Origin: Actinomycetes bacterium
GTDB taxonomy: Bacteria; Actinomycetota; Actinomycetes; S36-B12
Direction of reading: 5' to 3'
DNA length: 63,298 bases
NCBI GenBank assembly: GCA_014190275.1
Contig: BJGE01000004.1
Coordinates: 1-63,298 of the forward strand
Shown one piece after another: positions 11,832 to 22,015 of the stretch (the first letter of the stretch is position 1; each line of letters starts with the position of its first letter). A program made the translations under genes and the position numbers. The notes beneath the pieces are model-generated. The model searched no databases and was not told the DNA's origin. It was given only the letters and a program-made list of their open reading frames with translations.

Positions 11832-12419
11832 TCAGATGGTCGGATCTTCCCCGCGGTCAAGGGCATCCCATGCCGTTAGGGACGAGATCGGGCCCGCAGC
11901 GCCCGATTGGGCGGTAGCCGTCCGCTCATAACGCCGGTTCAACCCGGGCCAGGTGCGACCGCGCACCAAGATCAAGCCACCAGATGCCAATAACCCGAGC
12001 CCACCAACTAGCCCGACGGCCCACCAGGGGGTTCTTGCCCACTGCCCTAGACCCCCAGAATCCGAAGCCCCGCTCACTAGTCGATCGGTTGCTGCGGCTG
12101 CTAAAGATGTTTGCGGATCGGCGCCGAATCTAATTGCACTTATCGAGGTAATCAAACCCGCAACCAGCACCACTGCGCCCACCGCTACCCGCCCCCAGCC
12201 CCGGGTAGCCAGCAGCCCTGCTAAAGCCGCTAAGCCAACCCAACCCATAACCGCGGCCAGGGCAAAGAGTTCCCGTCCGGTGAAAACAACCTCGGCCTGC
12301 GCGTCATTTATTCCTTGGACAAGGGGGGCGGTAGCACTTGCCCATGGCAGGGAAAATCCAGCAATAACGAGCAGACTGGATACCACCAACCCGAGCAATC
12401 CCCAGCGGAACGAGTTCAC
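11832..12419 (-). CDS. Trp-region conserved integral membrane protein (TIGR02234-like)
   Basis: Polytopic hydrophobic ORF immediately after trpE, the position this family occupies in actinobacterial trp operons. Start taken at GTG 12419 overlapping the trpE stop (GTGA); the maximal ORF extends to 12509. Confidence 0.6.
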   Translation of the reverse strand: MNSFRWGLLGLVVSSLLVIAGFSLPWASATAPLVQGINDAQAEVVFTGRELFALAAVMGWVGLAALAGLLATRGWGRVAVGAVVLVAGLITSISAIRFGADPQTSLAAAATDRLVSGASDSGGLGQWARTPWWAVGLVGGLGLLASGGLILVRGRTWPGLNRRYERTATAQSGAAGPISSLTAWDALDRGEDPTI

Positions 12420-13996
12420 CGCAGTCCGTCGACCGTCCGGCCCGACGCATCGATCAAGGTTTGAGCGAGCGCAACGGCGCGCAAAACCGCAGCCGCTTTG
12501 TGACGGCACTCAGCGGCCTCCAACTCGGGCACCGAATCAGCAACGATTCCAGCGCCCGCCTGCACCACCGCTACCCCATCTTTGATAAGTGCGGTCCGAA
12601 TTGCAATTGCGGTATCGACATTTCCCGCGAAGTCAAAATAACCAACGCAGCCACCATAAAGACCCCTCCGTGTTTGCTCAAGTTCATCGATGATGGCCAT
12701 CGCGCGGGGCTTAGGTGCACCCGACAATGTTCCGGCAGGAAAGGTCGCGGCTAATGCGTCATAGGCAGTTTGATCAGAACGCAGCTCACCGGTAACAGTT
12801 GAAACTAGGTGCATGACATGCGAATAACGCTCAACCTGCATGAAGTCCACCACGGTGACAGAACCTGGGTCGCAGACTCGTCCGATGTCATTGCGCGCGA
12901 GATCTACCAGCATCAAATGCTCCGCGCGCTCCTTGGCGTCCGCAAGTAGCTCTTCGCCCAAGGCGACATCAGCCTCTGGTGTAGAACCACGGGCTCTCGT
13001 ACCCGCTATCGGATGCACCACACATTGCCCATTACTAACTGTTACCAAGGCCTCGGGTGACGAACCGACGATCTCAAAGGCCGTGCGCTCCGACATCTGC
13101 CCGGCTTGGTAATCAGGCTGGGAGCGATCATCGTGCGGTAGGCGCAAGAGATACATATAGGGGCTCGGATTACTGGTACGAAGTACACGGTAGACATCTA
13201 GTCCGCTGGCCGCGCACGGGGTTTGAAACCGCTGCGAGAGCACGACCTGGAATGCATCGCCCGCCCTAATGTATTCCTTGGCGCGCCCGACCGAAAGGCA
13301 AAAATCCTCCTCCGAGGTATTCACTTCGACCACCGGTTCTACGTCCGCATCGTATGTCCAAACCCCCGCGGCTGACGCATTACCGAGCGCCGTTTGCATT
13401 TGGTCCAACCGCGCCACCGCTTCATCCCAAGCCTCATCTACACGATCATCTGAACCGTCGAAGTTAATCGCATTCGCGATAAGCAGTACCGAGCCATCGG
13501 TGTGATCAACAACCGCTAGATCTGTTGCGAACAAGAATGCCAACTCGGGGATTTGCAACTCATCTGGATTACCATCGGGCACCTGCTCCCAACGCCGCAC
13601 CGTGTCGTAACTGAAATAACCCACTAGCCCACCGGTCAGCGGAGGTAATCCTGGAATCGGCTCAGTGTGCAGCAGCTCAATGGTTTCTCGCAGCACATCA
13701 ACAGGGTTACCCGCAACCGGTACCCCACGTGGCGCACGCCCCAACCAAGCGGCGACGCCATCGCGCTCGGTAAGCATCGCCGCGCATCGCACACCGATGA
13801 ATGAGTATCGCGACCAAAGCCGTCCGGGTTCGGCTGATTCCAGCAGGAAGGTGCCGGCACGCTCACCACACAGGGCTCGAAAAAGTCCGACCGCGGTGTG
13901 GTCATCCGCCAATAATCTCCGAGTTACCGGAATGACTCGGCGATCCTTGGCTAGAACTCGAAACTCGGGCAGGTCCGGGACAGTTTCACGGCTCAT
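12416..13996 (-). CDS. trpE: Anthranilate synthase component I
   Basis: [24 protein letters not shown] and [15 protein letters not shown]...[10 protein letters not shown] motifs. Start taken at ATG 13996 (MSRETVPD), just after the hisI stop. Confidence 0.9.
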   Translation of the reverse strand: MSRETVPDLPEFRVLAKDRRVIPVTRRLLADDHTAVGLFRALCGERAGTFLLESAEPGRLWSRYSFIGVRCAAMLTERDGVAAWLGRAPRGVPVAGNPVDVLRETIELLHTEPIPGLPPLTGGLVGYFSYDTVRRWEQVPDGNPDELQIPELAFLFATDLAVVDHTDGSVLLIANAINFDGSDDRVDEAWDEAVARLDQMQTALGNASAAGVWTYDADVEPVVEVNTSEEDFCLSVGRAKEYIRAGDAFQVVLSQRFQTPCAASGLDVYRVLRTSNPSPYMYLLRLPHDDRSQPDYQAGQMSERTAFEIVGSSPEALVTVSNGQCVVHPIAGTRARGSTPEADVALGEELLADAKERAEHLMLVDLARNDIGRVCDPGSVTVVDFMQVERYSHVMHLVSTVTGELRSDQTAYDALAATFPAGTLSGAPKPRAMAIIDELEQTRRGLYGGCVGYFDFAGNVDTAIAIRTALIKDGVAVVQAGAGIVADSVPELEAAECRHKAAAVLRAVALAQTLIDASGRTVDGLR

Positions 13997-14339
13997 GCTT
14001 TGGCACCGCCCCGGCAGCAAAGCAAGAGCGTCGGCCGGTGTGGCAAGCCACACCTAGTTGATCCACCTCGAGCAAGATTGTGTCGCCATCACAGTCCAAT
14101 TTGATCTCGCGGACAGTTTGGAAATTACCAGATGATTCGCCTTTGACCCACAAGTTGGACCTGCTGCGTGAAAAGTATGTGGCCCGCCCGGTTTCGAGGG
14201 TTAGCTCCAGGGCCGCCAGATTCATCCACGCCATCATCAAAACCTCACCGGTATCCCACTGCTGGGCGATCGCGGGTACTAGGCCTTGGTCGTTAAACCG
14301 CACACCCGAAACCAGCTCGGCTCGTTCTCGCATACCCAT
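13986..14339 (-). CDS. hisI: Phosphoribosyl-AMP cyclohydrolase
   Basis: [32 protein letters not shown] and [27 protein letters not shown] motifs. Start taken at an internal Met, because the longer ORF would overlap the divergent plus-strand gene. Confidence 0.85.
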   Translation of the reverse strand: MGMRERAELVSGVRFNDQGLVPAIAQQWDTGEVLMMAWMNLAALELTLETGRATYFSRSRSNLWVKGESSGNFQTVREIKLDCDGDTILLEVDQLGVACHTGRRSCFAAGAVPKHEP

Positions 14340-14374
14340 ATTGTGCCGGCACGGGTCGAATACACCATGATGAG

Positions 14375-15022
14375 GTGGTGACGGCCACCGCAACTGCCCA
14401 TTCTGAACGCCTTGATCTAGCCGCACTGATGCTCACCCTCGGCCCTGCTGCCCCAACCCTGTGCGCAGGCTGGAACGCCGCCGACCTCGCAGCTCACCTG
14501 GTGATTCGCGAGTCAAGGCCGGACGCTGCCCTCGGCATCTTGGGCGGACCACTGGCCGGCTGGACCCAACATGTTCAGGAAGCAACCTCGAATTTGCCCT
14601 TTGTGGACCTTGTGGCCAAAGTTCGCAACGGACCGCCGACACTGTCAATATTTTCAATACCCGGGGTTGATGGCCTGGCAAACTTGTTCGAGTACTTCGT
14701 TCACCACGAGGATTTGCGGCGCGGCCAGGCAAATTGGCGGCCCCGAGAACTACCGCCGGGTTTCTTAGATCTCCTTTGGGGCCGGCTAGCTAAGGGTTCC
14801 CGCCTACTTTTTCGCAAGGTGCCGATCGGGGTAGTGCTTGAACGCACGGACAAGGCGACGCCGTCGCGCATAGTCGCGCGCAGGGGCAATCCGGCTGTCA
14901 CTTTGCGTGGCAGTGCTGGCGAACTTGTCATGCGGTCCTACGGCCGCACCGAAGTTGAATTGGAAGTTGACGGACCTGCTGATGCGGTAGCCGCCTTCAA
15001 CAGCGCCACCGTGGGCGTCTAG
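14375..15022 (+). CDS. DinB/MDMPI-like metal-binding protein (TIGR03085-like)
   Basis: N-terminal [14 protein letters not shown] and FVHHEDLRR segments resemble the mycothiol maleylpyruvate isomerase N-terminal (DinB-like) fold. It is one of the few plus-strand genes, set between hisF and hisI. Confidence 0.5.
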   Translation: MVTATATAHSERLDLAALMLTLGPAAPTLCAGWNAADLAAHLVIRESRPDAALGILGGPLAGWTQHVQEATSNLPFVDLVAKVRNGPPTLSIFSIPGVDGLANLFEYFVHHEDLRRGQANWRPRELPPGFLDLLWGRLAKGSRLLFRKVPIGVVLERTDKATPSRIVARRGNPAVTLRGSAGELVMRSYGRTEVELEVDGPADAVAAFNSATVGV

Positions 15023-15801
15023 CGCGAAGTTGCCCGAACCGGGAACCCTGAATTTGCTAGAGCCTGCTTAACCTCAGTCACCGTGAACTCACCAAAGTGA
15101 AAGACGCTCGCCGCCAATACCGCGTCCGCGCCTGCCCGGACCGCCGGAGCGAAATCAGCGAGTGACCCAGCCCCTCCGCTTGCGATCAGCGGCACGTGGA
15201 CCTCACCTCTAACACGCGCAATTAGTTCTAAGTCAAATCCGGACTTCGTACCATCCGCGTCCATCGAATTCAGCAAGATCTCACCGGCACCTCGCTTGGT
15301 GCCCTCTACCGCCCATTTGATTGCATCAATCCCCGTACTGCGCCGACCTCCGTGGGTCGTGACTTCGAATCCGCTCTCGGTGCTGACACCTGCTGGGCAA
15401 CGGCGTGCGTCTATCGATAAGACAACGCACTGGGATCCGAAGCGCTCGGCTGCCTCGCTTATTAGGTCCCGGTCGGTGATCGCAGCAGTATTCAAACTGA
15501 CTTTGTCGGCTCCAGCACGCAGTAGACGATCAAAGTCATCAGGTGACCGGACTCCGCCACCAACGGTCAAGGGAATGAACACGCAATCAGCGGTACGTCG
15601 GACCACGTCAAGCATGGTTTTCCGATCCCCACTTGATGCGGTGATATCTAAGAAAACTAATTCATCGGCACCGGCCGTGTCATACCTGGTCGCTAGTTCA
15701 GCCGGATCACCAGCATCACGCAGCCCGGTGAAATTAACACCCTTGACAACGCGCCCAGCATCAACATCTAGACAGGGGATGACTCGGATCGCGAGGCTCA
15801 C
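15019..15801 (-). CDS. hisF: Imidazole glycerol phosphate synthase cyclase subunit
   Basis: [20 protein letters not shown] and [13 protein letters not shown] motifs. Start taken at GTG 15801 overlapping the priA stop (GTGA); the maximal ORF extends to 15819. Confidence 0.9.
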   Translation of the reverse strand: MSLAIRVIPCLDVDAGRVVKGVNFTGLRDAGDPAELATRYDTAGADELVFLDITASSGDRKTMLDVVRRTADCVFIPLTVGGGVRSPDDFDRLLRAGADKVSLNTAAITDRDLISEAAERFGSQCVVLSIDARRCPAGVSTESGFEVTTHGGRRSTGIDAIKWAVEGTKRGAGEILLNSMDADGTKSGFDLELIARVRGEVHVPLIASGGAGSLADFAPAVRAGADAVLAASVFHFGEFTVTEVKQALANSGFPVRATSR

Positions 15802-16580
15802 GGGCGCGGCGGTCCCCACTCGTACGGGTCGTACCGCGGCTCAATGGCAGCGATCGCCTCCGCCAGGGTGAACGCTCCGTCATAAAGCGCCCGCCCAACA
15901 ATTGCTCCTTCGATCCCCGTGGGCACCATGTCAACCAACTTGTGCAGATCCTCAAGTTTGGAGATTCCGCCCGACGCGATTACCGGTCGCTTGGTCGCTG
16001 CGCAAACATCACGGAGCAGGTGGAAGTTGGGTCCGTGCATGGTGCCGTCCTTGGTCACATCGGTGACTACGTAGCGCGCGCATCCCGCTTGGTCTAGTCG
16101 GGCTAGAGCCTCCCAAAGATCGCCACCCTCTTCGGTCCACCCGCGCGCTGACAAAGTCGTGCCCCGCACATCAAGGCCCACAGCTATTTGCTCACCGTAT
16201 TCAGCGATTACCTTTGCGGTCCAGACCGGATCCTCAAGTGCGGCGGTACCTAAGTTGACCCGCTCGCACCCGGTGGCCAGTGCCGCTTTGAGCGATGAAT
16301 CGTCACGGATCCCACCGGATAACTCGACTTTCGCATGGTTTCGAATATCGGCGACAACGCGCGCCAACAGCCCCGCGTTATCGCCGGTTCCAAACGCTGC
16401 ATCGAGATCAACTAGATGGATCCACTTTGCCCCTTGGTTGATCCAAGCCCGAGCAGAATCAAGCGGTGATCCATATTTCGTCTCAGTTCCGGCCTTACCC
16501 TGAACTAAACGCACCGCCTGACCCTTGGAGACGTCAACGGCTGGTAACAGGATCAATTGTTTAGACACGCCCCGAACCAT
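15798..16580 (-). CDS. priA: HisA/PriA (ProFAR isomerase, probably also PRA isomerase)
   Basis: [21 protein letters not shown]-terminus and (beta/alpha)8 HisA-like sequence. Start taken at ATG 16580, because the longer ORF would overlap hisH. There is no trpF in the adjacent trp cluster. Confidence 0.8.
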   Translation of the reverse strand: MVRGVSKQLILLPAVDVSKGQAVRLVQGKAGTETKYGSPLDSARAWINQGAKWIHLVDLDAAFGTGDNAGLLARVVADIRNHAKVELSGGIRDDSSLKAALATGCERVNLGTAALEDPVWTAKVIAEYGEQIAVGLDVRGTTLSARGWTEEGGDLWEALARLDQAGCARYVVTDVTKDGTMHGPNFHLLRDVCAATKRPVIASGGISKLEDLHKLVDMVPTGIEGAIVGRALYDGAFTLAEAIAAIEPRYDPYEWGPPRP

Positions 16581-16614
16581 ACTTTGGGTCCACCATCTGC
16601 GGATACGCGGACCA

Positions 16615-17250
16615 TTACCAAGAGTGAAGCCAGTTACGAAGCAGCGCCAAGCCTGCGTCACCTGACTTCTCGGGATGGAATTGAGTGGCAACAAGTGGCC
16701 CATTTTCAACGGCTGCCACAAAATCGGCACCGTGAGTCCCCCAGGTAACAGTCGGTGGTTGCCCGGTCTTTTCGTGCCCGGTCAAGTCCTCGGAGACAAC
16801 ACCATAGGAGTGAACGAAATAGAACCGCTCCCCCGCGACCTCCGCGAAAATCTTCGAATCCACCGGAGCGCGCAAAGTGTCCCATCCCATATGCGGCAAA
16901 ATCGGAGCGGCGAGTTGCTCCACCACTCCGGGCCAGTAGCCAAGACCGGTGACGGCGGTGCCGTGTTCAACCCCTTCGCTAAATAGCACCTGCATGCCAA
17001 CGCAAATCCCAAGTACCGGCCTACCACCTTTCAATCGCCTATCGATGATTTCATCACCGCGGACCTCGAGGATCCCCCGCATGCAGGCGGCGAAGGCGCC
17101 AACTCCCGGTACCACAAGGGCATCGGCATCAAGGGCACTTTCGAAATCGGCCGTGACGGTGACACTTGCACCCACTCGCTCCAGTGCCCGCTGGGCCGAC
17201 CTCAGGTTTCCTGAGCCGTAATCCAAAAGCACGATGTTCCTAGTTGCCAC
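16615..17250 (-). CDS. hisH: Imidazole glycerol phosphate synthase glutamine amidotransferase subunit
   Basis: [33 protein letters not shown] (nucleophile Cys) and FVHSY motifs. Confidence 0.9.
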   Translation of the reverse strand: MATRNIVLLDYGSGNLRSAQRALERVGASVTVTADFESALDADALVVPGVGAFAACMRGILEVRGDEIIDRRLKGGRPVLGICVGMQVLFSEGVEHGTAVTGLGYWPGVVEQLAAPILPHMGWDTLRAPVDSKIFAEVAGERFYFVHSYGVVSEDLTGHEKTGQPPTVTWGTHGADFVAAVENGPLVATQFHPEKSGDAGLALLRNWLHSW

Positions 17251-17259
17251 AGTTCGACG

Positions 17260-17868
17260 CTATGACTTATTCGCGGTCAAAGTACCTTTGGTCGATGGCA
17301 CGCCAACCACGCGCGCATCTTTTGCGACCGCGACACGCAAGGAGCGGGCGACCGACTTGAACTGAGCTTCGACCACATGATGTGCATTGCGCCCTGAAAT
17401 CACCCGCACGTGCAAAGTAATTTTCGCGGTAGCCACGATGGATTCCCAGATGTGCCGGGTTAAAGTGGTGTCATAGGAGCCAATCAGCTCAACGACCTCG
17501 GGTTCCTCATGTACCAAGTAGGGACGCCCCGACAGGTCAACGGCCGACTGAACCAAACACTCATCCAGTGGCACGAGAGCGTCGCCGAATCGACAAAGCC
17601 CGGCTCGGTCTCCTAATGCCTCATCCAACGCCTGGCCTATCGCCAACGCGGTGTCTTCCACGGTGTGGTGCGCATCAACTTCGAGATCACCTTTGGTGGC
17701 AACGATTAAGTCGAAGCCGCCGTGCTTGGCCAACTGCGCTAACATGTGATCGAAGAACGGCACCCCGGTTTCGATGGTGCTCGCGCCAGTGCCATCAAGG
17801 TTCAGTTCGACCAGCACCTGGCTTTCCTTGGTGTTCCGCTCCACCCGCGATGTGCGACTCATAATCAC
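17260..17868 (-). CDS. hisB: Imidazoleglycerol-phosphate dehydratase
   Basis: RNTKESQV, GVPFFDHML and DAHHTVEDTA motifs. Confidence 0.9.
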   Translation of the reverse strand: MIMSRTSRVERNTKESQVLVELNLDGTGASTIETGVPFFDHMLAQLAKHGGFDLIVATKGDLEVDAHHTVEDTALAIGQALDEALGDRAGLCRFGDALVPLDECLVQSAVDLSGRPYLVHEEPEVVELIGSYDTTLTRHIWESIVATAKITLHVRVISGRNAHHVVEAQFKSVARSLRVAVAKDARVVGVPSTKGTLTANKS

Positions 17869-18989
17869 CCTTCTTCACCAATCGCGCTCATCAGCGCGAC
17901 CCTAAACCTATCGTTTTCGGCGGGTGCGCCAATGCTCACACGCAAGTAGCCCTCGGGACCCGTGACGCGAATTAACACCCCTTGATCAAGTAATCGCTGC
18001 CAAACCGCCTCTCGATCACCGAATTTACCGAAGAGAATGAAATTTGCATCGCTGCGGGCGACCGCAAAGCCCTGCCCCAGCAGCCAATCCTGCAGGGCAT
18101 CACGCTCATCTCGAATTGTCGCAACCTGGGCCTGCAAGGACGAGGAGTGCGAAAGGGCGGCTATCGCAACCGCCTGGGTCACCGACGACAGGTGGTAAGG
18201 CAGCCGCACCACGCCCAAGGTGTCCACTACCGCAGGATCGGCAACCGCCGCGTAACCCAATCTGGTGCCCGCCATTCCAAAGGCCTTGCTCATCGTGCGG
18301 GTGACCACCAAGTTGGCGAACTCTGCCAAGAGTGCCAGTGCGGATGGAGTGCCAACCCGACGAAACTCCGCATACGCCTCATCGACGATCAGCATTGCCC
18401 CGCACTGCTGTGCTGCGATGAGGAGTTTCCTGAGATCCGCCACATCAAGTGCGGTACCGGTCGGATTGTTGGGCGCGGTCACGAGAACTAACGAAGGACG
18501 GTTATCCGAGATCTGCGCGCAGGCACCTGCTACATCAATCGTGAAGTCTGCGCGCCGGGGAAATGACTTATATGCGGTGAATGTGTCACGGGCATACTCT
18601 GGATACATTGAGTAAGTAGGGTCAAAGCTCAACGCTAAACGACCAGGGCCACCAAAGGCCAAAAACAAGTGGTGCATTACCTCATTGGAGCCGTTCGCGG
18701 CCCAAATCTGACGCCACGGTACTTCAACACCGGATTCACTGGCCAGATAGTCACCAAGTGCCTGCCTTAAGGCCACCGCGTCGCGCTGTGGATACCTGTT
18801 CAACCCTCTGGCAACTAGCTGGACCGAAGCCGTGATCGCCGAGACCACCTCATCGGGAAGCGGGAACGGGTTTTCATTCACATTCAAACAAACCGGGACG
18901 TCCAGCTGCGGGGCTCCATATGAAGTCACGCCCTGTAGGTCATCGCGAATCGGTAACTCAAATGCACCCGGCACCTTAATCGGCTCCAC
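17865..18989 (-). CDS. hisC: Histidinol-phosphate aminotransferase
   Basis: [11 protein letters not shown] and [15 protein letters not shown] (PLP lysine) motifs. The start is uncertain: GTG 18989 or 18974 sits next to the hisD stop, and the maximal ORF extends to 19052. Confidence 0.85.
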   Translation of the reverse strand: MEPIKVPGAFELPIRDDLQGVTSYGAPQLDVPVCLNVNENPFPLPDEVVSAITASVQLVARGLNRYPQRDAVALRQALGDYLASESGVEVPWRQIWAANGSNEVMHHLFLAFGGPGRLALSFDPTYSMYPEYARDTFTAYKSFPRRADFTIDVAGACAQISDNRPSLVLVTAPNNPTGTALDVADLRKLLIAAQQCGAMLIVDEAYAEFRRVGTPSALALLAEFANLVVTRTMSKAFGMAGTRLGYAAVADPAVVDTLGVVRLPYHLSSVTQAVAIAALSHSSSLQAQVATIRDERDALQDWLLGQGFAVARSDANFILFGKFGDREAVWQRLLDQGVLIRVTGPEGYLRVSIGAPAENDRFRVALMSAIGEEG

Positions 18990-20289
18990 ACTCGGTGCGA
19001 ATCCGAATGGCATCACCATGTGCGGGGAGATCCTCTGCTCCCGCCAAAGCAATCACATGACCGGCAACATCCCTAAGCGCAGCCTCGTCATAATCAATTA
19101 TGTGAATACCCCTGAGGAAAGACTGCACGGATAAGCCCGATGAGTACTTAGCGCTACCGCGAGTGGGCAGCACATGATTAGAGCCAGCGCAATAATCGCC
19201 CAGCGAGACCGGCGCCCAGGCACCGACAAATATTGCGCCGGCATTGGTTACCCGCATGGCGATGGCCCGAGCATCGGCGGTTTGAATCTCCAGATGTTCG
19301 GCCGCATACGCGTTGACTACTCGCAACCCCGCGTCGATGTCATCCACCAAAACGATGGCACTTTGCTCGCCACTTAGTGCTTCCGTTATCCGCTCCACAT
19401 GCTTGGTGTTGGCAACTTGTTTAATAACCTCAAGGGCAACAGCATCGGCTAGCGCTTCGGATGGAGTTACGAGCACCGCTGCCGCTAGGACATCATGCTC
19501 AGCTTGGCTCAGCAGATCTGCGGCAATATGACGTGGATTGGCGGTGTCGTCAGCCAAAATTGCGATCTCTGTTGGGCCCGCCTCACTATCAATGCCAATT
19601 ACTCCGCGGAGGGCGCGCTTGGCAGCTGTGACATAAATATTTCCAGGACCCGTGACTAGATCAACCGACTCGCATCGCCCACTTGGCAGATCGACTCCGT
19701 AGGCCAACATCGCAATGGCCTGTGCACCGCCAACCGCATAAACCTCGGTAACGCCAAGCAGAGCGCACGCCGCCAAAATCGTTGGGTGCGGCCAGCCACC
19801 AAAGTCCTTCTGCGGTGGTGAGACCACTACTAGTGACTTCACGCCAGCCACTTGAGCTGGCACCACATTCATGATGACGCTGCTCGGGTACACGGCGCGG
19901 CCACCGGGCACATAAAGCCCGACGCGCTCAACCGGCAACCATCGCTCGGTAACGGTGCCTCCGGTAACGACCACAGACGTGCTATCAGTACGACGTTGAT
20001 CTAAGTGGGCGCGCCGGGTGCGATCGATGGCCTCTAGCAGGGCGGCCCGCACCGCCGGTTCCAGCCCCGCTTCGGCGCTTTCGATCTGCGCTTTTGGCAC
20101 CCGAAGGGTTGGGGGTTGGACACCATCAAGCCGGCTGGACCAGCGCAGCACCGCCGCCGCACCCTCCTCGCGAACTTCCCGCAGGATTGGTGCAATCTGC
20201 GCCGCCGCATCAGCTACGTCAATGGCGGCACGCGGCAGCGCCAGCCGTGGGTCAATTGTCGAACCTCGAAGGTCGATGCGCCCGATCAT
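18976..20289 (-). CDS. hisD: Histidinol dehydrogenase
   Basis: 437 aa with LSQAEHD and [13 protein letters not shown] motifs. Confidence 0.9.
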   Translation of the reverse strand: MIGRIDLRGSTIDPRLALPRAAIDVADAAAQIAPILREVREEGAAAVLRWSSRLDGVQPPTLRVPKAQIESAEAGLEPAVRAALLEAIDRTRRAHLDQRRTDSTSVVVTGGTVTERWLPVERVGLYVPGGRAVYPSSVIMNVVPAQVAGVKSLVVVSPPQKDFGGWPHPTILAACALLGVTEVYAVGGAQAIAMLAYGVDLPSGRCESVDLVTGPGNIYVTAAKRALRGVIGIDSEAGPTEIAILADDTANPRHIAADLLSQAEHDVLAAAVLVTPSEALADAVALEVIKQVANTKHVERITEALSGEQSAIVLVDDIDAGLRVVNAYAAEHLEIQTADARAIAMRVTNAGAIFVGAWAPVSLGDYCAGSNHVLPTRGSAKYSSGLSVQSFLRGIHIIDYDEAALRDVAGHVIALAGAEDLPAHGDAIRIRTECGAD

Positions 20290-20312
20290 GGCCAGCAGTT
20301 TACGCTGCCCAT

Positions 20313-20984
20313 GTGCTGACCCTGCTGCCGCTGTTCCCGCTCAACACCTCCTTGGTGCCTGGGCTAGTCCTGCCGCTACACATATTTGAGCCGAGGTACT
20401 GCGACCTCGTCGACATGCTGCTCGCAAATCCGGATGAAAATGCCCGAGAATTCGGCATTATTGCGGTACGTGATGGCAGATCACTTGATCATCACGGGGT
20501 CGACGCACTTTACGAGATAGGCACCTCGGCTGTGATCCGACAAGCCGATCGATTTGAGGATGGTCGATTCGATATTATGACGGTTGGTTCACGGCGTTTC
20601 TTGATCCATGAGGTTAATACCGCCGAGCCACTTGCTACGGCAACTATTGAGTTTTTGGACGAGCCCGTAACTGAAGTCAGTCCACTCGTAATGCAGCAGG
20701 CAGCCAAACGATTTACCGCGTACCGAACCATTCTCGGTGGCCGATTTGACGATGGCGATGCCAGTACCGCAGACCTACCCGGGGACCCAACTGTCCTCAG
20801 CTATCTCATTACCGCCTCGATGGTGCTGCCGACCGGGGAGCGGCAGAGCTTGCTTGGCGCACCTGATGCCAACTCCCGGCTAACTTTGGCTAGCGAGTTG
20901 CTAGCACGCGAAAATGCTCTTATCGCACTTTTGTCAGCCGTACCCGCCATCGACCTGCTGCCTTCGATTGATTATCCAAACTGA
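20313..20984 (+). CDS. LON N-terminal (substrate-binding) domain protein
   Basis: [25 protein letters not shown] is the typical opening of the Lon N-terminal domain. Start taken at in-frame GTG 20313, because the longer ORF (from 20094) would overlap hisD. Confidence 0.65.
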   Translation: MLTLLPLFPLNTSLVPGLVLPLHIFEPRYCDLVDMLLANPDENAREFGIIAVRDGRSLDHHGVDALYEIGTSAVIRQADRFEDGRFDIMTVGSRRFLIHEVNTAEPLATATIEFLDEPVTEVSPLVMQQAAKRFTAYRTILGGRFDDGDASTADLPGDPTVLSYLITASMVLPTGERQSLLGAPDANSRLTLASELLARENALIALLSAVPAIDLLPSIDYPN

Positions 20985-20993
20985 CCGGGAAAT

Positions 20994-21503
20994 ATGACCA
21001 AGACCCCTGGGACCGGAAAGCGCAGTGACACGGGCACCCGCGCGCTCCTCACACTTACCGCCGCCGGGATCAATTTCACCGTGCACACTTATGAGCATGA
21101 CCCAGAGCAGCGGGGTTTCGGTGCCGAGGCCGCGGCAGCACTAGATCTTGACCCCGCCGAGGTATTCAAGACCCTCATTGTGGATGTAGATGGCCTGCCA
21201 ACCGTTGCCATAGTCCCGGTTAGCGCAATGGTGGACCTAAAGGCGCACGCAGCCTGCTGCGGTGGCCGCAGGGCCGCGCTTGCCGACCACCAAGTGGCCG
21301 AGCGAATTACCGGTTATGTCGTGGGGGGGATCAGCCCAATCGGCCAAAAGCGCAAGCTACAAACTGTCTTGGATGAAAGCGCCCTAAAAAAGAGCACCAT
21401 TTATGTTTCGGGCGGCAAGCGCGGAATGGATATTGGGTTAAGCCCTGCCGACCTGACCAAAATTACCGATGCACTTACCGGACCGATCGCGCGTTTTCCT
21501 TAG
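20994..21503 (+). CDS. ybaK: YbaK/EbsC-type Cys-tRNA(Pro) deacylase
   Basis: 169 aa with FKTLIV and GYVVGGISPIGQKRKL motifs typical of the YbaK editing domain. Confidence 0.7.
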   Translation: MTKTPGTGKRSDTGTRALLTLTAAGINFTVHTYEHDPEQRGFGAEAAAALDLDPAEVFKTLIVDVDGLPTVAIVPVSAMVDLKAHAACCGGRRAALADHQVAERITGYVVGGISPIGQKRKLQTVLDESALKKSTIYVSGGKRGMDIGLSPADLTKITDALTGPIARFP

Positions 21504-21990
21504 CCGCACGCCACCAGTCCGAAAAGGTCACCGCGAAAATCACTACTGCCGCGGTAATAGGCCAAACCAAGAGCAATGCCGGCATCGAGACTTTAAGGGG
21601 GGCTTGTATTACGGCATCATCCATAGTTGTCGCAACCAACCCGGCAATATCGACCGAGCCAAGCCGGCTGCCGACAAACCACATCAGGACCGACCCGAAC
21701 CCGCCGGCGATCAGGCTGGCTACCAATACCGACAGTGGGTGCTCACGCCGCATGACTAACAGCCCGATAGTCACGGCGAGCCCGGCAAATAGCGCTAGTA
21801 CCGCGAAGGACAGGTCAGCAGCCAGATATCCGTCCGGTTGATAGTTCGCTGGATATGCCCCACCGGACCTAACTACCAAAGGCACCCGCGGTGCCAACCG
21901 CCACCAAATTACTCCGAGTGCCAGCCCACTAAATACGCCAACGACAGCACCAGCGGTGATGACAGCGGACGTTCGACGCAGGAAGGACAT
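21475..21990 (-). CDS. Hypothetical integral membrane protein
   Basis: 171 aa with about five hydrophobic helices and no motif I recognise securely (possibly DUF2567-like). It lies directly downstream of dnaE on the same strand. Confidence 0.45.
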   Translation of the reverse strand: MSFLRRTSAVITAGAVVGVFSGLALGVIWWRLAPRVPLVVRSGGAYPANYQPDGYLAADLSFAVLALFAGLAVTIGLLVMRREHPLSVLVASLIAGGFGSVLMWFVGSRLGSVDIAGLVATTMDDAVIQAPLKVSMPALLLVWPITAAVVIFAVTFSDWWRAAKENARSVR

Positions 21991-22015
21991 CAGACTCCGG
22001 TTAAGTTGGCCTGAA

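Noticed and set aside
11953-12585. Long antisense ORFs opposite real genes. Examples are 11953-12585 (+), 27271-27744 (+), 30176-30784 (-), 33765-34454 (+), 35387-36001 (+) and 36826-37581 (+).
   Set aside because: Each lies fully opposite a gene with strong family motifs. Their translations are Arg/Pro/Ser/Ala-rich low-complexity sequence, typical of shadow frames in GC-rich DNA, and none shows a recognisable motif.
20094-20312. N-terminal 73 codons of the 296-aa plus-strand ORF (LON-domain gene).
   Set aside because: This part overlaps the 5' end of hisD on the opposite strand and is Pro/Ala/His-rich. The Lon N-domain motif begins right after the in-frame GTG at 20313.
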